Origin: Candidatus Woesearchaeota archaeon
GTDB lineage: Archaea > Nanobdellota > Nanobdellia > Woesearchaeales > ARS49
Assembly: GCA_019323015.1 (NCBI GenBank)
Contig: JAHWHY010000008.1
Coordinates: 225 to 64,224, forward strand
Direction of reading: 5' to 3'
DNA: 64,000 nucleotides
Part shown: in pieces, positions 54,572-63,022 of the stretch
Layout of the letters: each line of letters opens with the position of its first letter
Position numbering within the stretch: the first letter of the stretch is position 1
The notes under the pieces: model-generated
What the model was told of the DNA's origin: nothing
Database searches by the model: none
What the model saw: the letters and a program-made list of their open reading frames with translations, nothing else
Program-made: the position numbers and the translations under genes

Positions 54572-55540
54572 TTAGGTAATATGGGCCCATTTTCTATTTT
54601 TATTTCTATATTTAGGATATTCACTTAAATATTTATCTGCAAGTTTAAAATCATTATCTTTTGAAAAAATAAATTGTGTGGATGAAAATATCTGTAAATT
54701 ATTTTCATATATCACTCTGCCCTCAATCACATATTCTTTATCGGGCAACAAATCCACCAACCTAAAATTAACTTTTTCATTAATTTTTGAAATCTTGGCA
54801 CGATAATTTGGGTCTTTTATTGTTTTAGACTTAGATAAATCCCTTATTCTTGTATTGGGATCCAATAAGATTAATAATAACCTATGAGAAAGAGGAAAAT
54901 GCAATTGAAAACCCTTGCATTTTAAACCCATATTACTTACGAAGGGATCAGATTCTAATTCATTATAAAATACAATTGGATTATCTGATGTCCAGAAAGG
55001 CATTTTCGTATTATTAATACATAATTTCCAAGATAATTCTGTTTGTATTATTTTAGATATGTCTTCAATAAAAGAAAATATTGAACTTATATGTAACCGT
55101 TTCAGGCTATCCTCTGTAAGAGTAACTTGTCCTTCTTTAAAATCAGCTAATTGAGACTTACCAATCTTATCAAATAATCCATCGCAGATTTGCTTGTATG
55201 TTAATCTAAACTGTTTGGTTCTAAATAATTGCGCAGCAATAAAATAAGATAGAACTTTTTTATCTGATTCATTCAATTTATCTAAATCTTCAGCTTGAAT
55301 AAGTTTTTGCAGAGGTATATTAAATTCGGACTCAATTTTGCTAAATATTTTTTCTGTTATCTGGGTTTCATCAATATCATAAAAATAATTCTCGCAGGCA
55401 ATTTTTCTAATATTCGCTTGAAAACATTTTTTATTTTCTTTGTTATACACAAATAAATATTTTTCTTTATTCCTTTGCGTAGAAAATCCTTTTAAATATA
55501 ATTGAGGAACGTAATGTTGTTTTTTTATTTTATGCGACAT
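54572..55540 (-). CDS. DUF4238-like protein
   Basis: The N-terminus MSHKIKKQHYVPQLYLKGFS matches the hallmark HYVPQ.YL..F start of DUF4238 proteins. The length is 322 aa. Confidence 0.6.
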   Translation of the reverse strand: MSHKIKKQHYVPQLYLKGFSTQRNKEKYLFVYNKENKKCFQANIRKIACENYFYDIDETQITEKIFSKIESEFNIPLQKLIQAEDLDKLNESDKKVLSYFIAAQLFRTKQFRLTYKQICDGLFDKIGKSQLADFKEGQVTLTEDSLKRLHISSIFSFIEDISKIIQTELSWKLCINNTKMPFWTSDNPIVFYNELESDPFVSNMGLKCKGFQLHFPLSHRLLLILLDPNTRIRDLSKSKTIKDPNYRAKISKINEKVNFRLVDLLPDKEYVIEGRVIYENNLQIFSSTQFIFSKDNDFKLADKYLSEYPKYRNKNRKWAHIT

Positions 55541-55591
55541 ACAATTTTATAAAAGTACCGGCAGTTATAAAATTATCTAAAGTTAATTAGA

Positions 55592-56557
55592 TCAATTATG
55601 TTCCCAGCTCAAATTAAATTTCAATCCGCCAGGAATATTCTGCATTCTCCAGTATAAGAATCTTTGCCCGCCAGAATCATATGATATTGGCTGTAAGCAG
55701 AGAAAGTCTTTTGTCAGTGATTTCTTGCCGACTACATCTAACTGAATGCTTTTTTCTATGATCTTGTGATTCAAAGGCAGTTCTATGATGAAAGTAAAGA
55801 ATTTTATTGGATACGCTTTTGTATCTATGCAATAATCCCATTGCTTGTAAACATTTTTCAGCATTTCTGGCCAGTCATATTCATACCAGAAGTCAACACA
55901 ATCTCCTTTTTTCAAAGGTTTTCTGAAATTGACTTTGAAATGTTTTTTGGTTGTGTCATCAACAATCATTTCTTTGGATTTTATGTTTTCAGACAATTTT
56001 AATCTGAAAGTATTCTGCAAAGGAGTATCGCTTGTAATGTCATAAAAAGCATGAGTCAATGGTTTGTCAGTTGGATTTCTTAGACACCAATTATACCATA
56101 TTCTGCAAAGGCTTTCTCCATCTACTTTTATTCTGATAAATACGTGTTCATAATAAGGATTTTTCTTGCTGAATACTTTTGGCTTTTCTCCGCTTATTAT
56201 TTCATTAAAGTTATTCAATGCTTGCCATAATCTTTCACCTTTTTCTGTGATTGCATATTTTCCATAGTCTCTTTTTTCTATCAGGCCTTGATCTATAAAT
56301 GCAGTAAAGACTTTTTTCCTGCTTGACCTGGAATTACTGAATAATTCATCTAATTCCCGTTTGATATTGTTATCAAGCAGATTAATATTTCTCCAGCACA
56401 TCAACTTGGAGAAAATCTGAATCCTGAATCCAAGGCCTTCTTTAAGAATTGAGCTTGGGCATAAAGAACTTACGAGCTGATGGAATTCACTAGCATTTTG
56501 GCATAATCTTTGGTGTTCTGCACCTAATTGAATCCTTGATTTACGAAGTATTGGCAT
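55592..56557 (-). CDS. putative winged-helix protein with an unknown C-terminal domain
   Basis: KVFTAFIDQGLIEKRDYGKYAITEKGERLWQAL looks like the recognition helix plus wing of a wHTH. It overlaps the upstream gene by 17 nt. Confidence 0.45.
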   Translation of the reverse strand: MPILRKSRIQLGAEHQRLCQNASEFHQLVSSLCPSSILKEGLGFRIQIFSKLMCWRNINLLDNNIKRELDELFSNSRSSRKKVFTAFIDQGLIEKRDYGKYAITEKGERLWQALNNFNEIISGEKPKVFSKKNPYYEHVFIRIKVDGESLCRIWYNWCLRNPTDKPLTHAFYDITSDTPLQNTFRLKLSENIKSKEMIVDDTTKKHFKVNFRKPLKKGDCVDFWYEYDWPEMLKNVYKQWDYCIDTKAYPIKFFTFIIELPLNHKIIEKSIQLDVVGKKSLTKDFLCLQPISYDSGGQRFLYWRMQNIPGGLKFNLSWEHN

Positions 56558-57686
56558 ACTTCACAGCTCCGACCTCCAGGTAATTCTTGGTGGTATCGTA
56601 ACAAACCTTGCCCTTGTTGACCGTAATGAGGAAAAAACCTTTCTGAAGCTCTCTGAGCGCCTTTAAAGTGGCCTTCCGGTCAAGACTGTGTTGTTTAATC
56701 AGATCATTTACCTTCATCTTTTTCTTTAGTAATCCTGCAACGTGGTAAGCCATGGGGCTTATGCGCAGTGAATGCTGTACAGAAATAAAATAATCTGCAA
56801 TTCTATCAAGTTCAGGAGTCCAGCCACCTTTTTTAATCTTTATTTTATTATATTTTCCTTGTAAACATAATTTTTCAGCTTCCCTGATATGATTTCTTCC
56901 TTTTTTAATCAGGTTAATCATTCCTTTGATTCCAATATTCTTGTATAACAGACAAGCCTGGACTAATGCTTCTCTATACAGGTCTAGTAATTCCTGTGTT
57001 TTATAATAACTGAATTTGGAGTGATAATTAATGTTCTTTGCTTTGTCAAAGCCTTCAATCAAACCAAATAAATATATTGATCCGACAAAATCACAAATCC
57101 CTTCTTCCAGTCCTCTGGAAATTGTGTTATCTTTCTTTGTATACTGATTAATGATTATATGAATCAATTCATGGCACAAATTTTTTGTAATTGCAAAGCT
57201 CTGCATAATCTTATCTTTTCTCAGATAAATTCCTGGTGTTATGTCATCATCTTCCTCTTCTTCTTCATCTTTGTCAAAAAAAGCGCATAACCAATTCATT
57301 TTATGATATGGTTTTGGAAAAGTGTCTACAATAAAATATTCTGGAAAATTATCTGTCAAACCAAGTTTTTTACAGATTTTTTTCAGCTTGGCATAGTTTG
57401 TTTTCAGATCATCCATTGGCTTGGGAATATTCACATTCTTAAGTGTATCCCGAATCTTCTCCAAGTCCCTAGACAATAAAATCCTCTGAGCCTTTTCATT
57501 GTCAACAACCCCCTTATTATTTTTATAATCTTTAATCAAAGAATTGATTTTTTTCAAAACTGCCTTTTTGGAATAAGGCAAGGGCTCGAAAAATTTGACA
57601 AACCTGTTTCTAAAGAAAACATAGTCACAAAAATCACATCTAGTAATCATCAGTGCAGATTGAAAATAGCTTCCCCCGTTAACCAT
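56541..57686 (-). CDS. HExxH metallopeptidase-like protein (M78/ImmA-IrrE-like motif spacing)
   Basis: NLCHELIHIIINQYTKKDNTISRGLEEGICDFVG has HExxH plus a downstream E-x-x-x-x-F element as in DUF955/M78. The start is moved to ATG 57686, which has GGGGGT 6 nt upstream. Confidence 0.5.
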   Translation of the reverse strand: MVNGGSYFQSALMITRCDFCDYVFFRNRFVKFFEPLPYSKKAVLKKINSLIKDYKNNKGVVDNEKAQRILLSRDLEKIRDTLKNVNIPKPMDDLKTNYAKLKKICKKLGLTDNFPEYFIVDTFPKPYHKMNWLCAFFDKDEEEEEDDDITPGIYLRKDKIMQSFAITKNLCHELIHIIINQYTKKDNTISRGLEEGICDFVGSIYLFGLIEGFDKAKNINYHSKFSYYKTQELLDLYREALVQACLLYKNIGIKGMINLIKKGRNHIREAEKLCLQGKYNKIKIKKGGWTPELDRIADYFISVQHSLRISPMAYHVAGLLKKKMKVNDLIKQHSLDRKATLKALRELQKGFFLITVNKGKVCYDTTKNYLEVGAVKYANTS

Positions 57687-57721
57687 TTTCCGACCCCCTA
57701 AAAGAAAAAAAGGGCGCACCT

Positions 57722-57901
57722 TTATGGTGCTGAGCCTCCACCTCCGCCGCCAATACTTTCTCTTTGCGAATACGGTCCTGATCCACCGCCTCCGCCACCA
57801 ATTCTGGCTCTCACGTACATGTCTTGAGGCAAAGCGCTCTCATACAAAGGTTTTAGCTCTTTATCTAGAGCTAAACTTTCCAGACTTTCGTATTTTTTCA
57901 T
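57722..57901 (-). CDS. 59-aa peptide with two IGGGGGGS runs
   Basis: Hand translation is MKKYESLESLALDKELKPLYESALPQDMYVRARIGGGGGGSGPYSQRESIGGGGGGSAP. GGGGGTG lies 6 nt upstream of ATG 57901. The stop is 35 nt upstream of the proposed ATG 57686 start of the HExxH gene. Confidence 0.5.
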   Translation of the reverse strand: MKKYESLESLALDKELKPLYESALPQDMYVRARIGGGGGGSGPYSQRESIGGGGGGSAP

Positions 57902-57961
57902 ACCACACACCCCCACAGTATGTTATGAATTCGGAAGATGTCCAACTATATAAAATGTTCT

Positions 57962-58002
57962 CCGTGGCCTCTTAGAGGACACGAAGCGTATACGTATATA
58001 AA
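57962..58002 (-). promoter_or_regulatory. promoter/operator copy B: TATA box plus a near-palindromic GTGGCCTCTTAGAGGACAC
   Basis: TATATAAA lies at 57995-58002 (minus-sense TTTATATA). The 19-nt imperfect palindrome at 57964-57982 is built from the same TAAGAGG(C/A)CAC half-site as copy A. Confidence 0.5.
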
Positions 58003-58057
58003 TGAAGAGGGAGTATAAAAAATTAGAGATTATAAATTATATAAAAATCGTCTATAT

Positions 58058-60226
58058 TTACAGTTTTGGGAAATCCACCTTAAAACCAATTCCATCTATT
58101 CGTTTGTCACATTCGCTGTCAATAACTGAAATTTTTCCAGTATAAAGAGAAAGCATTTCTGATGAAATAAACATGCCCAACCCTCTTCCATGAGTTTTGG
58201 CCGTGACAAAAGGCAGCTTAAACAAATTTGATTTAATATTGGATGCAAGTGTTGGCCCATTATTCGCTATTAACAATGAATTTTTCTCTTCATCAAAGAA
58301 TATAAGGAGATTCCTGTCATCTTTTTGTGATTTGGTAGATAACCAGTACACCGCATTGGATATGATATTATTAAGTATCTGAGCAACAGAATAATCAGGC
58401 ATTCTTGTAGTAATACCTTTACCTTCTATCTGTATTTGAATGTTTGCTTGTTTTATTTCATCCTGATATATCATCAGAATAAGATTTAAAATTTTCATAA
58501 CAGACGTCTTTCCTTCCTGAGGAGATCCTTTGATATATCGCATTGCACTCATTAATCTTACTTCGTTCTTTAGAGCTTTAGTGAATAATTCTATTTTAGT
58601 TATATCATCATCAGGCCCGTATTTTTTTCTGAGGTTTTGTGCTGCTTCAGACACTGAGAAAACCATTCTTTCAAATTCATGTGAAAATCTTTCTGAAGCA
58701 AGACCCATTCCAACAAGATGCAGGAAAACTTCCCGATTTTCGCCTTCGCTTTCAATATATTCTTTGAGAGAACTACATACCGCAGTGTATTTGTCTTCAA
58801 AATCATCCAACTTTTCTTTTGGAATAACAACCATTTCCTCTTTTGGTTTCTGTTCAGTAATTTCTTTTTTACTTTCTTCCTCTTCTTTTTGTCTGAATTC
58901 CTCATATTTCTTTGAAGTCTCCTGCAAATCCTTGATTTCCTTTTTTAAGTCTTCAATTGTTGACTCCATTTTATCTTTTTTTGTTTGTGTTTTGGTGATT
59001 TTTTTTCTTGAAGACATACATTCCTGTTCGAGTTTTGAAACACAACCCAAAACAAGAGATTTCATGTCAAAAAATGCTTGATTTTCCTGAAGCCCTTCTC
59101 TGCTTGTCTTATCTATAAGGCAAGAGTTGTCCTGTTGATTTAATTCAACAAAACCTATTATTTGCCGGTTACCTAATCTTGATGCGGGCACATTAATTCT
59201 CCGTTGGTCAAGCTGTAACCAATCATCTCCCGGATCTCCATACGGCAGAATTCTAAATCCGTCACGAAATATGCTAACGCCAGATAATTCCTGAAGATGG
59301 TCTCTTGTTATTCCAAAATTTTTAAGGTTCTGGGTTTCTCTTAACCAAGCAAACAATCTGATTTTAAATGGGCCACACATAGGATTCCCACTTGATTTTT
59401 CCTTGTCTCTGACTTCAGCCCATAAATCACAGGATTTTTTTATTTTTGTTTTTCCATTACTTCCTTTTCGTTCTGTATAAGAATAATTAACAAATCCTTT
59501 TTCATCAACAGAGCATTCTATCAAAAATTGAAATCTGTCCAGAATATCTGATCTATTAAGATTCTCTAACTCCGGAGCATCAGGACAAATAAAAGTCAAA
59601 TCAAACTCTGAATCAACAATCCCTGGCGAACGTAATCTTATCAGACTGGCCTGAAGACGGGCAAGATCTTTCTTGGTCCAGTTTTCTCTGGCCTTTTTTA
59701 CTCTTATAAAAGTGCCGTGTGGTTCATCCTTAAATTGTTTGACTGGTCTTTTTTCATAAGGTATACTTATCTCATTAATAAATTTTGAATTATCCTCAAA
59801 ATCCTTCCAGTTAATATTAAGAACAATTTCATAATCCTTCCCTTTCGGTCTTGTAATAAGTTCCAGCTCTTTACCAAGTTTCTGGACTGCAAACCTGCCA
59901 ACTCCCTTTTCTCCCAAAGGTATTCTTCCCTTTGCCGATTTTTGCATTCTTTTTTTGGAATCGTCTTTTGCACCATGCGCCGGCTCAAACCATCTGCCTT
60001 CAATAATATCAGAATCCATCCCAGCACCGTTATCTTTTATCACCACTTGTGTTGTTTCAGGCGATCGTGTACCTTCAATCAACAGTTCAACTTTTTCAGC
60101 ATCCGCGTCATAGGCATTCTTTATCAATTCCAGAACACCAACAGTATTATCTCTGATAAGATGCTCTCCTAAGATTTTAATTAACCGTGCTCTTGGCTTA
60201 AAAATAACTTTATGTTCTTCTTTCAT
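58058..60226 (-). CDS. double GHKL ATPase: N-terminal MORC/HATPase_c_3-like domain, coiled coil, C-terminal histidine-kinase-like DHp + HATPase_c
   Basis: The N-terminal half has VLELIKNAYDADA (N box), VIKDNGAGMD (G1) and GEKGVGRFAVQKLG (G2). A Lys/Glu-rich coiled coil follows. The C-terminal half has RFSHEFERM (H-box-like), ILNNIISNAVYW (N box), IANNGPT and THGRGLGMFISSEM (G2). Confidence 0.7.
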   Translation of the reverse strand: MKEEHKVIFKPRARLIKILGEHLIRDNTVGVLELIKNAYDADAEKVELLIEGTRSPETTQVVIKDNGAGMDSDIIEGRWFEPAHGAKDDSKKRMQKSAKGRIPLGEKGVGRFAVQKLGKELELITRPKGKDYEIVLNINWKDFEDNSKFINEISIPYEKRPVKQFKDEPHGTFIRVKKARENWTKKDLARLQASLIRLRSPGIVDSEFDLTFICPDAPELENLNRSDILDRFQFLIECSVDEKGFVNYSYTERKGSNGKTKIKKSCDLWAEVRDKEKSSGNPMCGPFKIRLFAWLRETQNLKNFGITRDHLQELSGVSIFRDGFRILPYGDPGDDWLQLDQRRINVPASRLGNRQIIGFVELNQQDNSCLIDKTSREGLQENQAFFDMKSLVLGCVSKLEQECMSSRKKITKTQTKKDKMESTIEDLKKEIKDLQETSKKYEEFRQKEEEESKKEITEQKPKEEMVVIPKEKLDDFEDKYTAVCSSLKEYIESEGENREVFLHLVGMGLASERFSHEFERMVFSVSEAAQNLRKKYGPDDDITKIELFTKALKNEVRLMSAMRYIKGSPQEGKTSVMKILNLILMIYQDEIKQANIQIQIEGKGITTRMPDYSVAQILNNIISNAVYWLSTKSQKDDRNLLIFFDEEKNSLLIANNGPTLASNIKSNLFKLPFVTAKTHGRGLGMFISSEMLSLYTGKISVIDSECDKRIDGIGFKVDFPKL

Positions 60227-61878
60227 TCAGTCATTCCTCTATTGCTTGTACAGGGTCTGACATCAACCATCAGAGGATGTCGAAATTGTGGTGAAATCAT
60301 AAGACATCTGCCCTGCCCTATCACAGGTATTTCCGACCACACTGCAGGGTTAACGCCGCCTGCTGAAGCTTTTATTGCATTAAGATTTCTTCCACCAGTA
60401 ATCTGATGAACTATTTTTGTATTGCATAATTCATAAATTTCAGGAGGCAGGTGTGACGGCTGTTGGCTTATAAAACACAGACTCAACCATCTTTTTCTTC
60501 CACGTCTGCTAATATCTCTCAGTACATCAAGTGTTTCGTCCATTGTTTTTGCACGTTCCTTGCTTATGAAACTGTGTGCTTCTTCTATTATAACTATAAC
60601 CGGCGGGAGATTCGGGTTATCTTTGTTGTCGCGCAATTTTAAATCAAATATTTTGTTTAACAAATTGCTGATTATTATGTTATTTATCCATAGGTTTTGA
60701 GAATTGCTCATGTCAAATACACTAACAAGGCCGTTCTTTAGTAAATCACTACAGTCGCCTAAATGTTGTTTAGTGTCAAATACGCGCGTTTTTTTCAATT
60801 TTTTTATTTTTCTCAGGACAACTGCATAGGAAGATCTATCGCCAATATTTGAGGCCTTGTCTAATTTACTCCTTATTTTATCTATAAAATCTTGTAGAGT
60901 TATGCCTATTACTGCTTCTTTATCTTCAGACAGTGTTTCCACCATGCTTCGGGCTTTCTTAGTTGATGCTGTCTTTTTCTCCTGATCAGAATCAAGTTCA
61001 AAGTAAGCTTCCATAAAACGATCACTTTGTGCAGCATTCAGGTCCAGAATTTCTGCGAGCAAATGAGGACTTACATCGGCAAAACGAATTCCAAATTCTT
61101 CTGATTTATCAGGTCTATTGCTTTCAGTATGTATCGGGTTGAAGATTCTGAGATTATCTATGCCTTTTGGCTCTACTTTAAATCTTTCCATGAGTTTTTT
61201 GATTACTTGCTTAGATTCTGCTTCTTTGGAAGGCTTATCCATTTCAACATATTCCCCTTCAACATCCAAGACAATTATTGCCCAGCCGGCTTTTGATAAT
61301 TCTTCTATTAAAACCTGGCTTGTATTTGTCTTTCCAGAGCCAACAGTCCCAAAAATGCCTGTATTTCTTGGCAGAACTTTTTTTAGATGCTGTTTAAACT
61401 GAACTCTTATTCCTGGATAACCGGAAAGTTCACCCATATAAACATCCCCTTTTATATCCAATAATTTTTCTATATCATCGCCATCAAGAGGCAAAACTGC
61501 AGTTTGAGGGAAAGGCCTGTTACTGGACCCAGTTAGGATAAGGTTTTCTTCATCAATAATTTCTCCTAATACTTCCGCAGTACATACGCCATGAAAATCT
61601 GGTCTGAACTTTACTTTATCTGCCTCCAGAATAGCGGCTCTTGCGAATGCTGAATCTTTACTGACTGCATCTGGTTGAAAAAAAGGTCCCTTAATTATTC
61701 TGGACAGATATAGTCTTGAATCATTTGAAACGTCTGACTGTAAAAGGACATACTGTCCTCTTCTGATGTTGCTCAGTTTTTTATTTGGAATTCTGATTTC
61801 GATTTCGTTATTTTCTCCTGTAACGCCATCAAAATTGATAAAACCTATTGGGTTTTTTTGTTTGTTCATTTTTCTCAC
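60223..61878 (-). CDS. HerA-like (DUF87/FtsK-HerA superfamily) ATPase
   Basis: The N-terminal barrel-like segment is GQYVLLQSD...LYLSRII. Walker A is GIFGTVGSGKTNT and Walker B is PPVIVIIEEAHSF. The C-terminal RRGRKRWLSLCFISQQPS is typical of HerA. Confidence 0.8.
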   Translation of the reverse strand: MRKMNKQKNPIGFINFDGVTGENNEIEIRIPNKKLSNIRRGQYVLLQSDVSNDSRLYLSRIIKGPFFQPDAVSKDSAFARAAILEADKVKFRPDFHGVCTAEVLGEIIDEENLILTGSSNRPFPQTAVLPLDGDDIEKLLDIKGDVYMGELSGYPGIRVQFKQHLKKVLPRNTGIFGTVGSGKTNTSQVLIEELSKAGWAIIVLDVEGEYVEMDKPSKEAESKQVIKKLMERFKVEPKGIDNLRIFNPIHTESNRPDKSEEFGIRFADVSPHLLAEILDLNAAQSDRFMEAYFELDSDQEKKTASTKKARSMVETLSEDKEAVIGITLQDFIDKIRSKLDKASNIGDRSSYAVVLRKIKKLKKTRVFDTKQHLGDCSDLLKNGLVSVFDMSNSQNLWINNIIISNLLNKIFDLKLRDNKDNPNLPPVIVIIEEAHSFISKERAKTMDETLDVLRDISRRGRKRWLSLCFISQQPSHLPPEIYELCNTKIVHQITGGRNLNAIKASAGGVNPAVWSEIPVIGQGRCLMISPQFRHPLMVDVRPCTSNRGMTE

Positions 61879-61879
61879 C

Positions 61880-62965
61880 TTATTTCAGTCTTAAATCGCG
61901 TTCAGGGGCTTCACTAAGGTACTGTCCTGTACGTGACAGCTCCCATTCCATCATTCGCTTAAAATCTCCTGATGAAAAATATTGCGAACATAATGTATCT
62001 GCATAATCAATTAAAAGTGGAAATCCTTTTTCTTTTTGAAAAAGAGCATCTCTTGCTATAATTGCTGCTGCCAAATCGAAAATTTCTTCATGCGCATGGA
62101 AAACATAAGGTCTTTCGCCTATTCTGATAACTCCTATGAGAATCTTTTCAGCATGGTCTCTTAAAAATTCCTCTATTTTTTTTCTTTCATCAGCCCTCCA
62201 TTTTTCTTTCCATTTCATAAAATTGCTGGTATTCTGCAAATAATGACCCAGAGTGTATTCTGCAATAGTAAAATATTGAAATGGCTCTATTGCTCTGCCG
62301 AATGTGAGAAAATCCTGAAATGATGTGCTTGATATTACTGAAAAGAATCTTTTTTCTCTTATTATTCTGCGCAACACATCCAGCGTTGTATCCAAAGCCC
62401 GCAGTCTTCCGAGTCCGCTCATAAGCTCAAAAGGCAGAAGGGGTCCATGAAACATTATATATTTATCTTTGAATCTTGGATCCAAACCTGCTTCTCTCTC
62501 CCGATATAACATAAGACCTCTTATTGCCATATCAGATAGATTTTCTTCATGCCGTGCTCTTCCTGAGATTTTTTCTATTATATCTTCTGTCTCTAGTTTC
62601 AGACTTGCCTCAGAAATAAAGAAAGAATGTCTGATTTTTTCTCCAACATAATTTACGGCAACAACACCAATCTGACATCTAAGTCCGGATAATAATCTAT
62701 AATCGGATCTTGTGCCGTCCACACCAACCACGTCTCCTTTGAGGAGAAGTGCTTCCGCTTTAGGCAATTTATCTTTTACACTCTTGATTTTTAGCTTCTT
62801 AAAGGTGGGATGTGCTTTTAGCTGTGCTATAAGTTCTTTTTCTTCCTGAATATGTGCTTTAACTTCTGCTTCCAGAATCTCATTAGCTTCTCTAACAAAA
62901 TCACCATAATCCGTCCACGTTTTCTGATCTATTAAATCAGCAAAAGTTACTGATCTGTTTCTCAT
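61880..62965 (-). CDS. NurA-like nuclease
   Basis: DVVGVDGTRSDY resembles NurA motif I (..a.DGS..). The size (361 aa) and the position immediately upstream of herA-like (stop and start 1 nt apart) fit NurA. This assignment is weaker than the HerA one. Confidence 0.55.
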   Translation of the reverse strand: MRNRSVTFADLIDQKTWTDYGDFVREANEILEAEVKAHIQEEKELIAQLKAHPTFKKLKIKSVKDKLPKAEALLLKGDVVGVDGTRSDYRLLSGLRCQIGVVAVNYVGEKIRHSFFISEASLKLETEDIIEKISGRARHEENLSDMAIRGLMLYREREAGLDPRFKDKYIMFHGPLLPFELMSGLGRLRALDTTLDVLRRIIREKRFFSVISSTSFQDFLTFGRAIEPFQYFTIAEYTLGHYLQNTSNFMKWKEKWRADERKKIEEFLRDHAEKILIGVIRIGERPYVFHAHEEIFDLAAAIIARDALFQKEKGFPLLIDYADTLCSQYFSSGDFKRMMEWELSRTGQYLSEAPERDLRLK

Positions 62966-63022
62966 ATTTATAGGCTTAAATTAACCCCCCATCGATGATA
63001 AATGTTCTCAAGGTTTAAAAAA

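Noticed and set aside
60223-62965. Reading herA-nurA simply as the housekeeping DNA-end-resection pair
   Set aside because: This is not fully rejected, only down-weighted. No mre11/rad50 lies next to the pair within the window. The genes are translationally coupled to a GHKL ATPase and preceded by a Dcm methyltransferase in an accessory, AT-rich context. It remains the main alternative hypothesis.
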